A stretch of DNA of 64,000 bases from Candidatus Thorarchaeota archaeon (GTDB lineage: Archaea; Asgardarchaeota; Thorarchaeia; Thorarchaeales; Thorarchaeaceae), in NCBI GenBank assembly GCA_019057475.1, contig DXJO01000001.1, positions 38,028 through 102,027 of the forward strand, given 5' to 3'. The position numbers were made by a program, and so were the translations under genes. Positions 48,791-58,281 of the stretch are shown in pieces (positions within the stretch are counted from its first letter, which is position 1; each line of letters begins with the position of its first letter). The notes below the pieces were generated by a model, which was not told where the DNA came from, ran no database searches, and saw only the letters and a program-made list of their open reading frames with translations.

Positions 48791-48902
48791 ACCAGAATGC
48801 TAAGACGATTACCACAGATTCACCTTCTGTGAAGGGAATTATCACATCGTGGAGAGAGGTTATCGAAAGTATCCTTCCTGCTCTAAGCGCTTTCTCATGG
48901 TT

Positions 48903-50111
48903 CTACCCGTGTAGCAGCTGCGCCCTAAGATACTCAACCAGGTCGTCGTAGACTCCTTCTGGGTTATCCACATCAGAGAAACCTCCGGTATAGACCTGCT
49001 TACTGCCTCCTCCTCTGCCGCCGAGCTTGGTAACTGCATCGTTGATGTAGATGTTTGCCTCATGTGGCAAATCATTTGCCCAGAATACAAGATTGCATTT
49101 TTCACCTGGTGCGAAGTAGAGTATAGCGGAGGGTCCATCCGGCGTGATGTTCTTGAGAACACGCTTGAGGCTGCTCACTTCAAAGCCGGGAAGAAATTCG
49201 TGCCTGAATGAAATTCCGCCGATGTTCTCAATTGTCGGACCACTGTTAAGAAGGTGCTCCATCTTCTCCAATACCTTTGCGTATTCAGATGATACCTGTT
49301 TTCCTCTATCAAGCACCGCGCCAAGCTGGTCTAGCTCAAATGGATGGCTGCGTCTGCGCTCCAGTGCAGCATTGAACAGATCGTAGAGAATGGTCACTGC
49401 GCGTTTCCCTGTCAGGAACTCAACGTGCACGGATTCTTCTTCTCTCTTGTAGTCGACTATCTTGAAGATTCCAATATCGCCTGTGCGAAGGACGTGGGTG
49501 CCAGAGCAAGCTGCGGCATCAGAATCTCCGATTCGCACTACCCGCACCATATCGTGCTTTGCTTCGACACTCTCACGTGCACGAATCGACTTGTCGAGCT
49601 CTGAGGCTTTCACCATTTCAGTTGAAACAGGGACATCACGATGTATGATGTCCTGGACGGACTTCTCAGCATAGAATAATTCTTGAAGACCGACTCTAGC
49701 TCCCACCATTTCTACGGTTCCGTGGTCGCCATCAATCCACATCGCACCTGGCTCGAGAGCTGGATATCTCTCTTTCAGCGCGGCTGCAAAGAGATGTTCA
49801 GCCGTGTGATTCCGCATTATCGTTAGTCTCCAGTCCATGTCGATGATTAACGTGGCCTTCACACCTCTAGCGAAACCTTTCTCTGTCAGCATCACAACAA
49901 CGCTGTTTCTCTGCATTGTGTCTCGCACAACGATTTCTTCTTGGTCAATCCTTAGAATGCCGCGGTCCCCGGCTTGGCCGCCTCCAGCTGCTTTCACAAC
50001 ATTTTCTTCTATGGTGATTTCGAAGTGCTCTTCTGTGGGCCTGCTGTCTACTATTGTTACAGTGAATTGGTCTTTCAGTGGGTCTACCCAATATGGTGGG
50101 AGCGATGTCAT
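48903..50111 (-). CDS. alaX: Free-standing alanyl-tRNA editing protein AlaX (long form with DHHA1/C-Ala domain)
   Basis: GGGQAGDRG, MRNHTAEH (HxxxH), ACSGTHV (CxxxH), LGGRGGGS. Confidence 0.9.
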   Translation of the reverse strand: MTSLPPYWVDPLKDQFTVTIVDSRPTEEHFEITIEENVVKAAGGGQAGDRGILRIDQEEIVVRDTMQRNSVVVMLTEKGFARGVKATLIIDMDWRLTIMRNHTAEHLFAAALKERYPALEPGAMWIDGDHGTVEMVGARVGLQELFYAEKSVQDIIHRDVPVSTEMVKASELDKSIRARESVEAKHDMVRVVRIGDSDAAACSGTHVLRTGDIGIFKIVDYKREEESVHVEFLTGKRAVTILYDLFNAALERRRSHPFELDQLGAVLDRGKQVSSEYAKVLEKMEHLLNSGPTIENIGGISFRHEFLPGFEVSSLKRVLKNITPDGPSAILYFAPGEKCNLVFWANDLPHEANIYINDAVTKLGGRGGGSKQVYTGGFSDVDNPEGVYDDLVEYLRAQLLHG

Positions 50112-50193
50112 CGTCTTTCACCTCAGCCGAAATCAATAAAGGATAGAGACAATGCTCTATTCTAGTTTAACGGAAGTACTGAGGACCTCATTA

Positions 50194-51444
50194 ATGTTTA
50201 AGTTCCTATCTAGAGACCCAGTCAAGAAGGCAAAGAAACACGTCGAGAAGGCTTTGGGAGAGCTAGAGGATGGTTATCCTGACTACGCCAGCATCGAGTT
50301 TGAGAAAGCTGCCAAGCTCTTCTTGGAAGGCGAAGGCCCTGATTTCGCAGTCAAGTATTTCCGTGAGGCCGCCTCCTGCGCTTTGGAGAACAATGACCAT
50401 GCAAGGGCGGCGTTGATGAAGAGCGAGGCTGCAGAAACGCTCTTAATCGAGAGCACTTTCGGTGAGGCTGGTGATCTATATTCGGAAGCTTCAGATCACT
50501 TTTTCCGGACTAAGAAAGTCCGGGCATCTGGGCGAGCAATCGCGCTGGCCGTTCTCTGTCATCTATCTGTTAGACGATTCGATACGAGCATGAACGTGCT
50601 AAGGAAAGCTGAGAACCGATTCTCAAGCTCTGAGCTGAAGAGGATGGCTGAACTCAATCTTGCGAGCTTGTTTGTAAGAATACTGTTTGAGGGTCATTCT
50701 ATCAGTGGTAAGGATCTTGAGAAAGCGCTTGGCAAGGTTAAGCCACAGCCTGCTGAGGTGCATCTCTTTGAGTTTCTATTCAGGTCCATTCGTCTGGCCA
50801 TTCAGACTGAGATTCGCGTCGAGTGGGCAGGACAGGAGCTTGATGAGGTGAACGCTAAGACTCCCATCGAGTTTGAGTTCCGCTACAAGTGCCCGGTTCC
50901 TGTCAAAGCTTGTGATTTTAAGTACACCCTATCAAACAGCTTGGTCTTCTCAAAGGAGCCAAAGATTGGCCCGGATATGAATATGGAGGAATCATGGTTA
51001 TTCGAGGTGATGCCCGTTCTTAGCGGAGGTGGCATCGTTGGGCCATTCAGACTAACGCTCGAAGGTGATGAGGTTCATGTGCACAAGGTCAGTAACACGA
51101 TTGATTTCCTAATCACGAAGCCGCCATCAAACCTTGAGATAGAAATGACGCCACAGCGTATTTCCTGTGGGCTGGGTGAGGATGCATTCCTTGATGTCAC
51201 ACTCAGCAATACAGGAGATGGCCCGGCTGAGAATATAGCCATTGAAATCGTGCTATCTGAAGGTATTGAGATCTCGTTGGGAAGCGACGAGAAGGTAATC
51301 CAATTCTTGGGTCCAAATGAGAAAATGCGACTCCAAGTCTATGTGCGAGGGATTTCCTATGGAGAAGAGCTTGTTACTGTCAAGGCCACAGATGGGCGCA
51401 GTGGAAAAGAAATCATCACGACATCGCAGATAAACGTAGGATAG
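50194..51444 (+). CDS. Alpha-SNAP/TPR-like solenoid fused to two Ig-like beta-sandwich domains
   Basis: FEKAAKLF, YFREAASC, LYSEASDHF repeats; C-terminal VTLSNTGDGPAENI (CARDB-like). Start placed at ATG 50194. Confidence 0.65.
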   Translation: MFKFLSRDPVKKAKKHVEKALGELEDGYPDYASIEFEKAAKLFLEGEGPDFAVKYFREAASCALENNDHARAALMKSEAAETLLIESTFGEAGDLYSEASDHFFRTKKVRASGRAIALAVLCHLSVRRFDTSMNVLRKAENRFSSSELKRMAELNLASLFVRILFEGHSISGKDLEKALGKVKPQPAEVHLFEFLFRSIRLAIQTEIRVEWAGQELDEVNAKTPIEFEFRYKCPVPVKACDFKYTLSNSLVFSKEPKIGPDMNMEESWLFEVMPVLSGGGIVGPFRLTLEGDEVHVHKVSNTIDFLITKPPSNLEIEMTPQRISCGLGEDAFLDVTLSNTGDGPAENIAIEIVLSEGIEISLGSDEKVIQFLGPNEKMRLQVYVRGISYGEELVTVKATDGRSGKEIITTSQINVG

Positions 51445-51449
51445 TATCC

Positions 51450-52187
51450 CTACTTCTTCTGCTTCTCCTCCAAAATATCAAGGCAGGCACTCATGACCTC
51501 TTTGATGGTGTCTTCTTCCTTGAACTTTCTCAATAGATCGCCTGCTTCATTCAGCTTGTTGTTGGTGAGAGCTTCACTGAATGATAGCAGTGTACCAAGC
51601 CAATCCCATCTCGTCTTGTCAATAATCCTCTTCGCAGTCTTGATGAGTTCCTGTGCGTCCTTGATTCTATCAATTGTAGCGAACCCCATTGCCGCTAGAG
51701 AGAAATCAATCACGGCTCGTTCAGCCTTGCCCGCATCTAGTGCCTTTTTGGCCGCCTGCTCGTAAAGGTCTCCCACATTCTTCGCGCATGTCAAGAAGTA
51801 TTCCGCGTTACCCAGCTTATGGCAGGCATAGGCCGCCCATAAGTATGATTGCGCGGCCGTTTCGGTCATCTGCTCTAGGAGAGCTTCCCTAGCTGCATTC
51901 TCATAGAGAGTTAGTGCGGTGGAAAGATCACCTGTCTGCCTGTACTGGGTGGCGGCTTCAAAGTATGAAGTTGAAGCGGCCCGGTGGTTATCTTTCTCAA
52001 GGCTCGACTCAGCATGCATATGGTAATACTCAGCAGACTTTCTCGCCATGTCAAGAACCCTTTCGAGGTAGCAATCTGCTGCCTGTTTGTACTGGTTCGC
52101 GGCCTGATAGAACTGTCCTGCTTCTATGAACTCTCCAGCTAGCCGCTCCCACTGACTACATTCGTCTTCCATGGAAAACACACTCAT
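51450..52187 (-). CDS. Alpha-SNAP/TPR-like solenoid protein
   Basis: AANQYKQAADCY, ASTSYFEAATQY, ALTLYENAA, AAQSYLWAA, GDLYEQAA repeats. Confidence 0.65.
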   Translation of the reverse strand: MSVFSMEDECSQWERLAGEFIEAGQFYQAANQYKQAADCYLERVLDMARKSAEYYHMHAESSLEKDNHRAASTSYFEAATQYRQTGDLSTALTLYENAAREALLEQMTETAAQSYLWAAYACHKLGNAEYFLTCAKNVGDLYEQAAKKALDAGKAERAVIDFSLAAMGFATIDRIKDAQELIKTAKRIIDKTRWDWLGTLLSFSEALTNNKLNEAGDLLRKFKEEDTIKEVMSACLDILEEKQKK

Positions 52188-52297
52188 GCCTGCTCGGTTC
52201 TATGCCAAGAGGTAGCGTTATGTGTCCGTGTAGCATAGAAATATGTTGCCCTGACGTAAGGGCTTCGAAAAATGATAACTTGCAATGTACTCAGGGA

Positions 52298-53002
52298 ATG
52301 GTGCTCATATTGAGTTTCGGCCTCATCGATAAGATCGTTGGAACCTGGGTTGTTTTTGAAGGGATACCCTTCTGGCTGGAGGTCCCAGTGCTTATTCTGC
52401 TGTGCATCTTCCTTTACGTGTTTGTTATTATGAAGGTAGTGAGAAGATTCTGGCAGTTCCCAGCTCCGGCCTTCATAGGGCGCGGCCTTAACTCTACTCA
52501 CCGGAAGCGAATCCAGCCGCCTTCCATGATTGTGAAGGGCCTAAGGCTAGAAACAGGAATGAGCGTTGTTGAGATTGGCTGTGGGCCTGGAACATTCACG
52601 ATTGATGTAGCGAGGGCAATCGCTCCGAAGGGGACCGTATATGCTGTTGACATCCAGGAGGGAATGCTTGAGCAGCTTCGAAAAAACATTCAAAGGAATG
52701 GCATAGAAAACATCGTGCCAATCCTAGCTGACGCAGGGAGCCAAATACCATTGGATGATGGATTTGCAGATGCTGCTTTCAGCGTCACTGTTCTTCCCGA
52801 GATACCAGATAGGGTGGGGGCTCTAAAGGAGATACACCGAGTTCTGAAGCGAGGTGGACTTTATGCGGATGCAGAGCTTGTCATAGATCCCGATTGGCCG
52901 CTGCGAAGAACAGTCAAGAAGTGGGCGTCAGCAGCAGATTTTCAGTACAGTCATGAACTCGGTCATGCATTCAGATACGTACTTGTTTTCCAGAAAACCT
53001 GA
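52298..53002 (+). CDS. Class I SAM-dependent methyltransferase with N-terminal TM segment
   Basis: VVEIGCGPG, YAVDIQEGML, ALKEIHRVLKRGG; start uncertain. Confidence 0.88.
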   Translation: MVLILSFGLIDKIVGTWVVFEGIPFWLEVPVLILLCIFLYVFVIMKVVRRFWQFPAPAFIGRGLNSTHRKRIQPPSMIVKGLRLETGMSVVEIGCGPGTFTIDVARAIAPKGTVYAVDIQEGMLEQLRKNIQRNGIENIVPILADAGSQIPLDDGFADAAFSVTVLPEIPDRVGALKEIHRVLKRGGLYADAELVIDPDWPLRRTVKKWASAADFQYSHELGHAFRYVLVFQKT

Positions 53003-53015
53003 GAGATCAGTTTCA

Positions 53016-54281
53016 CTACTTCTTTCTAAGCTCTTCAAGAATCTCTTTTGCACGTTCGACCTTGACGTTCTTCTCTTTCACGAGCCGCTCTGCAACTACA
53101 TCTACGAGTTTCCCCTTGGCGCCAGCAGTGGCCGCCACGTTTCTTGCATGTAGTGACATATGCCCCTTCTGTATTCCCTCTGAGGAGAGTGCCCTAAGCG
53201 CTGCGAAATTCTGGGCCAGACCCACACTTGCTATGACATGGGCCAGCTCGAGTGCGGTCTCGACTCCAAGAATCTTGACACAGGCTCTAGCTACAGGGTG
53301 GATTTTCGTGGCTCCTCCAACAAGCCCGACAGCCATGGGAATCTCGATGCTGCCCACGAGATTTCCACTGGGATCCTTCTCGTACTTTGTAAGAGAGTGA
53401 TAGCCTCCGACAGCCGCATAACTATGTGCTCCTGCCTCAATGGCTCGGAAGTCATTCCCGGTAGCGATGACAACAGCGTCGATACCATTCATGATTCCCT
53501 TATTGTGAGTGGCGCATCTGTATGGGTCTGCTTCAGCGAAAGCCCAGGCGGCGATTATAGCATCCACAACCTCCTCGCCCCCAAGGAGTTTCTTGTCAAA
53601 GGTCGCTTTGCACAGCACAACACGCAGCTCTGCCAGATTGGACAGTATCCTGAGTAGCACCTTGCCTCCAGTGATTTTCTCAATGACCGGAGCAAGAGCT
53701 TCTGCCATTGTGTTTACTGCATTAGCACCCATTGCATCACGCGTATCCACTATGAGTTCTGTGATTAGCATTGGTCCCGCTTTCGTGTCAATAACTCTGA
53801 CTCTAAGGTTTCGGGCTCCTCCTCCAAAGCGAATCAGAATCGGGTCTTGATCGTTAGCCAGTTGAAGAAGCTCTTCCTTTGCTTTGAGTACTTCCACTTT
53901 GGCGGAGTATGGTGTTGGCACATTGATGGCTTGAATCTGGGCAATCATGAGTGGCCCTGTATCAGTGGCAGTGAATCCACCATGCGTTCGTGCCATCCTA
54001 GCGGCATTGCTCGCCGCCGCTACCACGGACGGCTCCTCAATGGCCATCGGTACTAGGTAGTCCTTCCCATCTATCAAGAAGTTCGTGGCAATGCCAAGCG
54101 GAAGTGGCATGGTTCCCACAACGTTCTCAATCATGTGGTCCAGAACCTCGAGGTCCACTTTGCTAGGATCAACAAGGGGTCCTAGATCGTCCTCACCTAA
54201 GCCGGTGAGCTCTGCTAGCTTCTTTACTCGCTCTTCTCTGGTGAGCTTGTAGAATCCGGAGATGCGGGAATCCTTTACCAA
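53016..54281 (-). CDS. mvaA: HMG-CoA reductase, class II
   Basis: MIENVVG, EEPSVVAAAS, DAMGANAVN, THNKGIMNG, GIQKGHMSLHA. Confidence 0.96.
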   Translation of the reverse strand: MVKDSRISGFYKLTREERVKKLAELTGLGEDDLGPLVDPSKVDLEVLDHMIENVVGTMPLPLGIATNFLIDGKDYLVPMAIEEPSVVAAASNAARMARTHGGFTATDTGPLMIAQIQAINVPTPYSAKVEVLKAKEELLQLANDQDPILIRFGGGARNLRVRVIDTKAGPMLITELIVDTRDAMGANAVNTMAEALAPVIEKITGGKVLLRILSNLAELRVVLCKATFDKKLLGGEEVVDAIIAAWAFAEADPYRCATHNKGIMNGIDAVVIATGNDFRAIEAGAHSYAAVGGYHSLTKYEKDPSGNLVGSIEIPMAVGLVGGATKIHPVARACVKILGVETALELAHVIASVGLAQNFAALRALSSEGIQKGHMSLHARNVAATAGAKGKLVDVVAERLVKEKNVKVERAKEILEELRKK

Positions 54282-54422
54282 TGCTTCATCCTCCCTAGCG
54301 TCCCGGTTGCATTCCTAATAAGAATACTGTCGTATGGACGCAGTAGTGCAAGGACACAGATGATTTGCAAAGACCATAGTTTTAAGTTTGACATATCTGT
54401 GGGTGCTCGGAGGCTCAGACGA

Positions 54423-55934
54423 ATGAAACCGACGAGTGATTTCAGAGAAACCATTGTTGCACTGGCCAAGAAAAGAGGCTTCTTCTGGGGTCCATCCCCA
54501 GAGATATACGGTGGCAGTTCTGGATTCTTCGACTTTGGGCCTCTTGGAAAGCTTCTGAAGAATCGGCTCGAAGACAACATTCGTTCATCTTTTGTAAGAG
54601 CTAACTTCTGGGAAGTTGAATGTCCGACAGTTTCGCCAGCAATTGTTTGGAAAGCATCTGGTCACCTTGAGGGCTTTGTCGACCCGATTACCCAGTGCAC
54701 GAAATGCGGACAGCTGTACCGTGCTGATAATCTGATTCTGGAGCAAGCACCCGATGCTAAACTAGCAGGACTTTCCTTGGATGATATCACCAAAAAGATT
54801 GAGGAACTCAAGGTTCATTGTGCTGCGTGCAAAGGAGTCCTCGGTCCAGTCAAAGAGTATAATCTGATGTTGAAAACAACGCTGGGTCTGGACCAAGAGG
54901 CATACATGCGGCCTGAGACCGCTACATCAACGTACTTGCTTTTCAGGCGGTTCCTCACCTTCTTTAGAGACAAGCTTCCTGCTTCGGTATTTCAGATTGG
55001 CAAGGCCTATCGCAACGAGATATCACCCCGTCAGGGAATGCTGCGTCTTAGAGAGTTCACCCAGGTGGAAGGTCAAATATTCATCCTTGAAAAAGATGAA
55101 CACGATTGGCCTGGGTTTGAGAACATCCGCGATGATAAGTTGCCTCTCCTTCCACATCAGGTCCAAGAATCTGGAAGCGATGAAGTCACGTCCACCAAGG
55201 TTTCAGCCGCTCTCAAGAAAGGGTACTTCCAGAAACAGGCGTATGCTTGGTGTGTACATCTCGCGTACTCAATCTTCAGGACCATGGGTTTCTCTGAGGA
55301 TTATATGAGAATCAGGCAGCATCTCCCAAATGAACGCGCACACTATGCTGCCGATGCTTGGGACATAGAGGTTTTCACAAACAGTCACGGATGGGTGGAG
55401 TGCTGCGGTATTCATGACAGAGGCAACTACGACCTCAGCAGACACCAGAAGCACTCCAAGGAGAAACTCAGCGTGAAGGTAGACAAGAAACCTGTTGTGC
55501 CCGATGTTCTTGAAATCGCGTTCGGAGTGGAGCGACCTCTGTTTTGCGCAATAGATAATGCGTACGTTGAGGATGAAGAACGTGCATGGCTGAAGTTCCC
55601 GCCAGAGATTGCACCCATCCAGGTGGCAGTGTTTCCATTGATGGGCAAACCCGAGCTCCTTAAACCTGCTCGGCAAATCTTTGAGGAGATTATGGACACG
55701 GGTCTCATAACCTACTTTGACCAAGGCGGCTCCATTGGGCGGCGTTATCGGCGACAGGACGAGATAGGCACCCCGTTCTGCATAACCATTGATTACCAAA
55801 CACTTGAGGATAAGACTGTCACTGTGCGAGATCGCGATTCCATGGAACAGGTTCGGGTTCAACAGGACGCTCTTGCGGACCTACTGGAAGACTTGGTGCA
55901 TGGAAAAGTTGCTTTCGAGTCGTTAAGCAAGTGA
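54423..55934 (+). CDS. glyS: Glycyl-tRNA synthetase (alpha2 type)
   Basis: EIYGG, WKASGH, RPETA, YRNEISPRQG..RLREFTQ, SIGRRYRRQDEIGTPFCITID. Confidence 0.97.
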   Translation: MKPTSDFRETIVALAKKRGFFWGPSPEIYGGSSGFFDFGPLGKLLKNRLEDNIRSSFVRANFWEVECPTVSPAIVWKASGHLEGFVDPITQCTKCGQLYRADNLILEQAPDAKLAGLSLDDITKKIEELKVHCAACKGVLGPVKEYNLMLKTTLGLDQEAYMRPETATSTYLLFRRFLTFFRDKLPASVFQIGKAYRNEISPRQGMLRLREFTQVEGQIFILEKDEHDWPGFENIRDDKLPLLPHQVQESGSDEVTSTKVSAALKKGYFQKQAYAWCVHLAYSIFRTMGFSEDYMRIRQHLPNERAHYAADAWDIEVFTNSHGWVECCGIHDRGNYDLSRHQKHSKEKLSVKVDKKPVVPDVLEIAFGVERPLFCAIDNAYVEDEERAWLKFPPEIAPIQVAVFPLMGKPELLKPARQIFEEIMDTGLITYFDQGGSIGRRYRRQDEIGTPFCITIDYQTLEDKTVTVRDRDSMEQVRVQQDALADLLEDLVHGKVAFESLSK

Positions 55935-56000
55935 GGGGCAGGGTTTTCTACCGACACGTGCTACTCGGAAAAAGAGATAAGGCCGGCAGGCTACTCTGAA

Positions 56001-56465
56001 TTGAGAGGGTGCTTGATGCGCGAGGAATCCGAAGCAATAGAACTCAAGACAATTCTTATCGCTGTGGATGGGTCCGAACATTCGACCAAAGCCGTTCGCT
56101 ATGCGTGTGCTATTGGAAACGCAATGGGTGCAGAGATTCTGCTCCTTCACGTGGTGCCAATGCTGGTATCTGCTACGCCCTATCACGATACTGTTTCAGA
56201 CCAGCCATTCCTTGCTCTGCAGAAAGTCGGTGAAGACATACTCGCGAGAGCCACCAATGTTGTTTCATCACTGAACTGCAAGGTAACCGAATTGATATCG
56301 CATGGGGATCCAGCCAGCCAGATTATTTCGATTGCAGAGGAACGTGGAGCAAACCTAATTATAATTGGTTCCCGTGGATTGAGCGGCTGGAAGCGGATGT
56401 TCGTGGGTTCTATCAGCGATAAGGTGGCAAGCCATGCCTCCTGTCCCGTGATGATTGTCAGGTGA
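56001..56465 (+). CDS. Universal stress protein (UspA family)
   Basis: ILIAVDGS, GDPA, IIIGSRG, GSISDKV...CPVMIV; start may be 56016. Confidence 0.93.
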   Translation: MRGCLMREESEAIELKTILIAVDGSEHSTKAVRYACAIGNAMGAEILLLHVVPMLVSATPYHDTVSDQPFLALQKVGEDILARATNVVSSLNCKVTELISHGDPASQIISIAEERGANLIIIGSRGLSGWKRMFVGSISDKVASHASCPVMIVR

Positions 56466-56509
56466 TGTGGTCTTATTCGCACTGTCGCACCCACAGCACG
56501 TAACCTGGA

Positions 56510-57796
56510 GTGAGTGATACAAAGATGACGCGCTCCAAGAATTTCGGTGTCACTGCAGATGTTGGCACGTCACAACTCACCATCCACTTATTGGACCTAG
56601 AGAACCAGAATTTGCTGGCTCAATGTGTGCTTCGCAACCCTCAGAGTCCGTTCGGCCTCGACGTTGTGTCCAGAGTGAAGCATGCAGTCGCTTCAGAGAA
56701 TAATGCACGTAATCTTTCAGAGCTTGTGCGTGGTGGAGTACTCCGGGGGGTTCAGAGCGCTGGGCAAGATGCGGGGGTGGCCCTCGGTGACATCCAATCT
56801 ATGGTTGTGGTCGGGAACACTGTAATGCATCACCTGTTCTATGACTTGCCAGTTGATGACCTACTCAAACCTCCGTATGAGATTAAGACCGCGAATGCGC
56901 TGGACAAGCATACTGGGGATCTAGGCATTTCCCTAAGCGACCGGGCAATGTGCTACTCCCCACCACTCATTGGCTCCTTTGTAGGATGTGATGCTATTGC
57001 TGTGGTGCTGGCTTCAGGGTTGATGTCCTCCACCGAAACAACAGTTGTTGCGGATGTCGGGACAAATACGGAGATAATGATTGGTCACAAGGGCAATCTC
57101 CTCATAACATCTGCTGCCTCCGGCCCTGCATTCGAAGGCATGTCTCTTGATTGTGGCATGCCTGCAGACGAAGGAGCGATAAGTGCAGTTCAGATAGACA
57201 CTACAAGCTACAGGCCAAGAGTGGATATCATTGGCCGCGGGAGACCAATGGGAATCTGCGGAACCGGTGCTGTAGCCGCTCTTAGCGCTCTTCTTGATTC
57301 GAGTCTGCTTAATTCTGAGGGGTCCCTCGCGCGACACATCGAGTCCACGTGGCTGTCTGGACGCGGAGACGTGGTTCATTACATATTGGTTCAGGCTACG
57401 GATTCTGGCACAGGACGTCCGATATTCATCTCCCAGATTGACGTCAGAATGATGCAGCAATCCAAAGGTGCAATCTTTGCCGCCATCGAGCTTCTTGTAG
57501 ATAACGCGAGCATATCTGCCAGCGCCGTTGAGCGCTTCCTATTAACGGGCGCCTTTGGTTCTGATTTGAACATAAGCGATGCAATCAAGATTGGACTTTT
57601 CCCACAGTTCCAGAATGCAAGGGTAGATCAGATTCTGGGCGGGGCTAGCTCTGGAGCTGACATGATTCTATTGAATCCTGAATTGCGCGATGCTGCCAGT
57701 GACATTGCTAGGAACACAGTCTATGTTGATCTGATGGATAACTCTGAGTTTGAGTTTCGATTCTCCAAGGCTCAGCTATTCCCCGGTTCTCAGTAG
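56510..57796 (+). CDS. ASKHA ATPase, RACo/DUF4445 (reductive activator of corrinoid proteins) lacking an Fe-S domain
   Basis: DVGTS, NPQ..FG.DVVSR, GNTVMHHL, DVGTNTE, GPAFEG, GICGTG, GAFG. Confidence 0.88.
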   Translation: MSDTKMTRSKNFGVTADVGTSQLTIHLLDLENQNLLAQCVLRNPQSPFGLDVVSRVKHAVASENNARNLSELVRGGVLRGVQSAGQDAGVALGDIQSMVVVGNTVMHHLFYDLPVDDLLKPPYEIKTANALDKHTGDLGISLSDRAMCYSPPLIGSFVGCDAIAVVLASGLMSSTETTVVADVGTNTEIMIGHKGNLLITSAASGPAFEGMSLDCGMPADEGAISAVQIDTTSYRPRVDIIGRGRPMGICGTGAVAALSALLDSSLLNSEGSLARHIESTWLSGRGDVVHYILVQATDSGTGRPIFISQIDVRMMQQSKGAIFAAIELLVDNASISASAVERFLLTGAFGSDLNISDAIKIGLFPQFQNARVDQILGGASSGADMILLNPELRDAASDIARNTVYVDLMDNSEFEFRFSKAQLFPGSQ

Positions 57797-58278
57797 ACGA
57801 GTTCTTTGTCGGTGAACGATTCTCCGTCCCTAATCCTTGAGGATGAAAGTGGTCGCCCGTCCTTGGTTCTCACTCGTGGCACTACGACAATGTGGAACCT
57901 GGGTATTCCGTTCTCCGCACGCATAGCATTGATATTGAACGCCATCTGGACAACGCCAATTTCGTCAGAAACAACCAGTGCCTCCAGGTCTTCCATCTTG
58001 TCAGCGCCGCCTTCCTTTGTTTCTATGGGGAAGATAGTGCACCTATGCAGGCCACATTCGGGAATGATGAATTCCGCAAGAGATTGTCGACGTTCCTCGT
58101 ATGATTGTATCCAAGACCCTCTCTTCTTCCGCGTGAGCATGTGATCACTAGTGAGCCCAATGGAAACCTTCTCGCCTATTTTAAAGGCGGTTCTTAAGAG
58201 GTGCTTGTGCCCTTCGTGTAGATGGTCAAATGTGCCGGCAAATACGACCTTCTTGTATAACCATGGACTCTCCTTCAG
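57790..58278 (-). CDS. coaD: Phosphopantetheine adenylyltransferase (archaeal type)
   Basis: The frame extends upstream of the ORF-track start to YKKVVFAGTFDHLHEGHKHLL...IGLTSD; also ALVVSDE and LSSSRIR. Start tentatively CTG 58278. Confidence 0.88.
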   Translation of the reverse strand: MKESPWLYKKVVFAGTFDHLHEGHKHLLRTAFKIGEKVSIGLTSDHMLTRKKRGSWIQSYEERRQSLAEFIIPECGLHRCTIFPIETKEGGADKMEDLEALVVSDEIGVVQMAFNINAMRAENGIPRFHIVVVPRVRTKDGRPLSSSRIRDGESFTDKELVY

Positions 58279-58281
58279 GTC

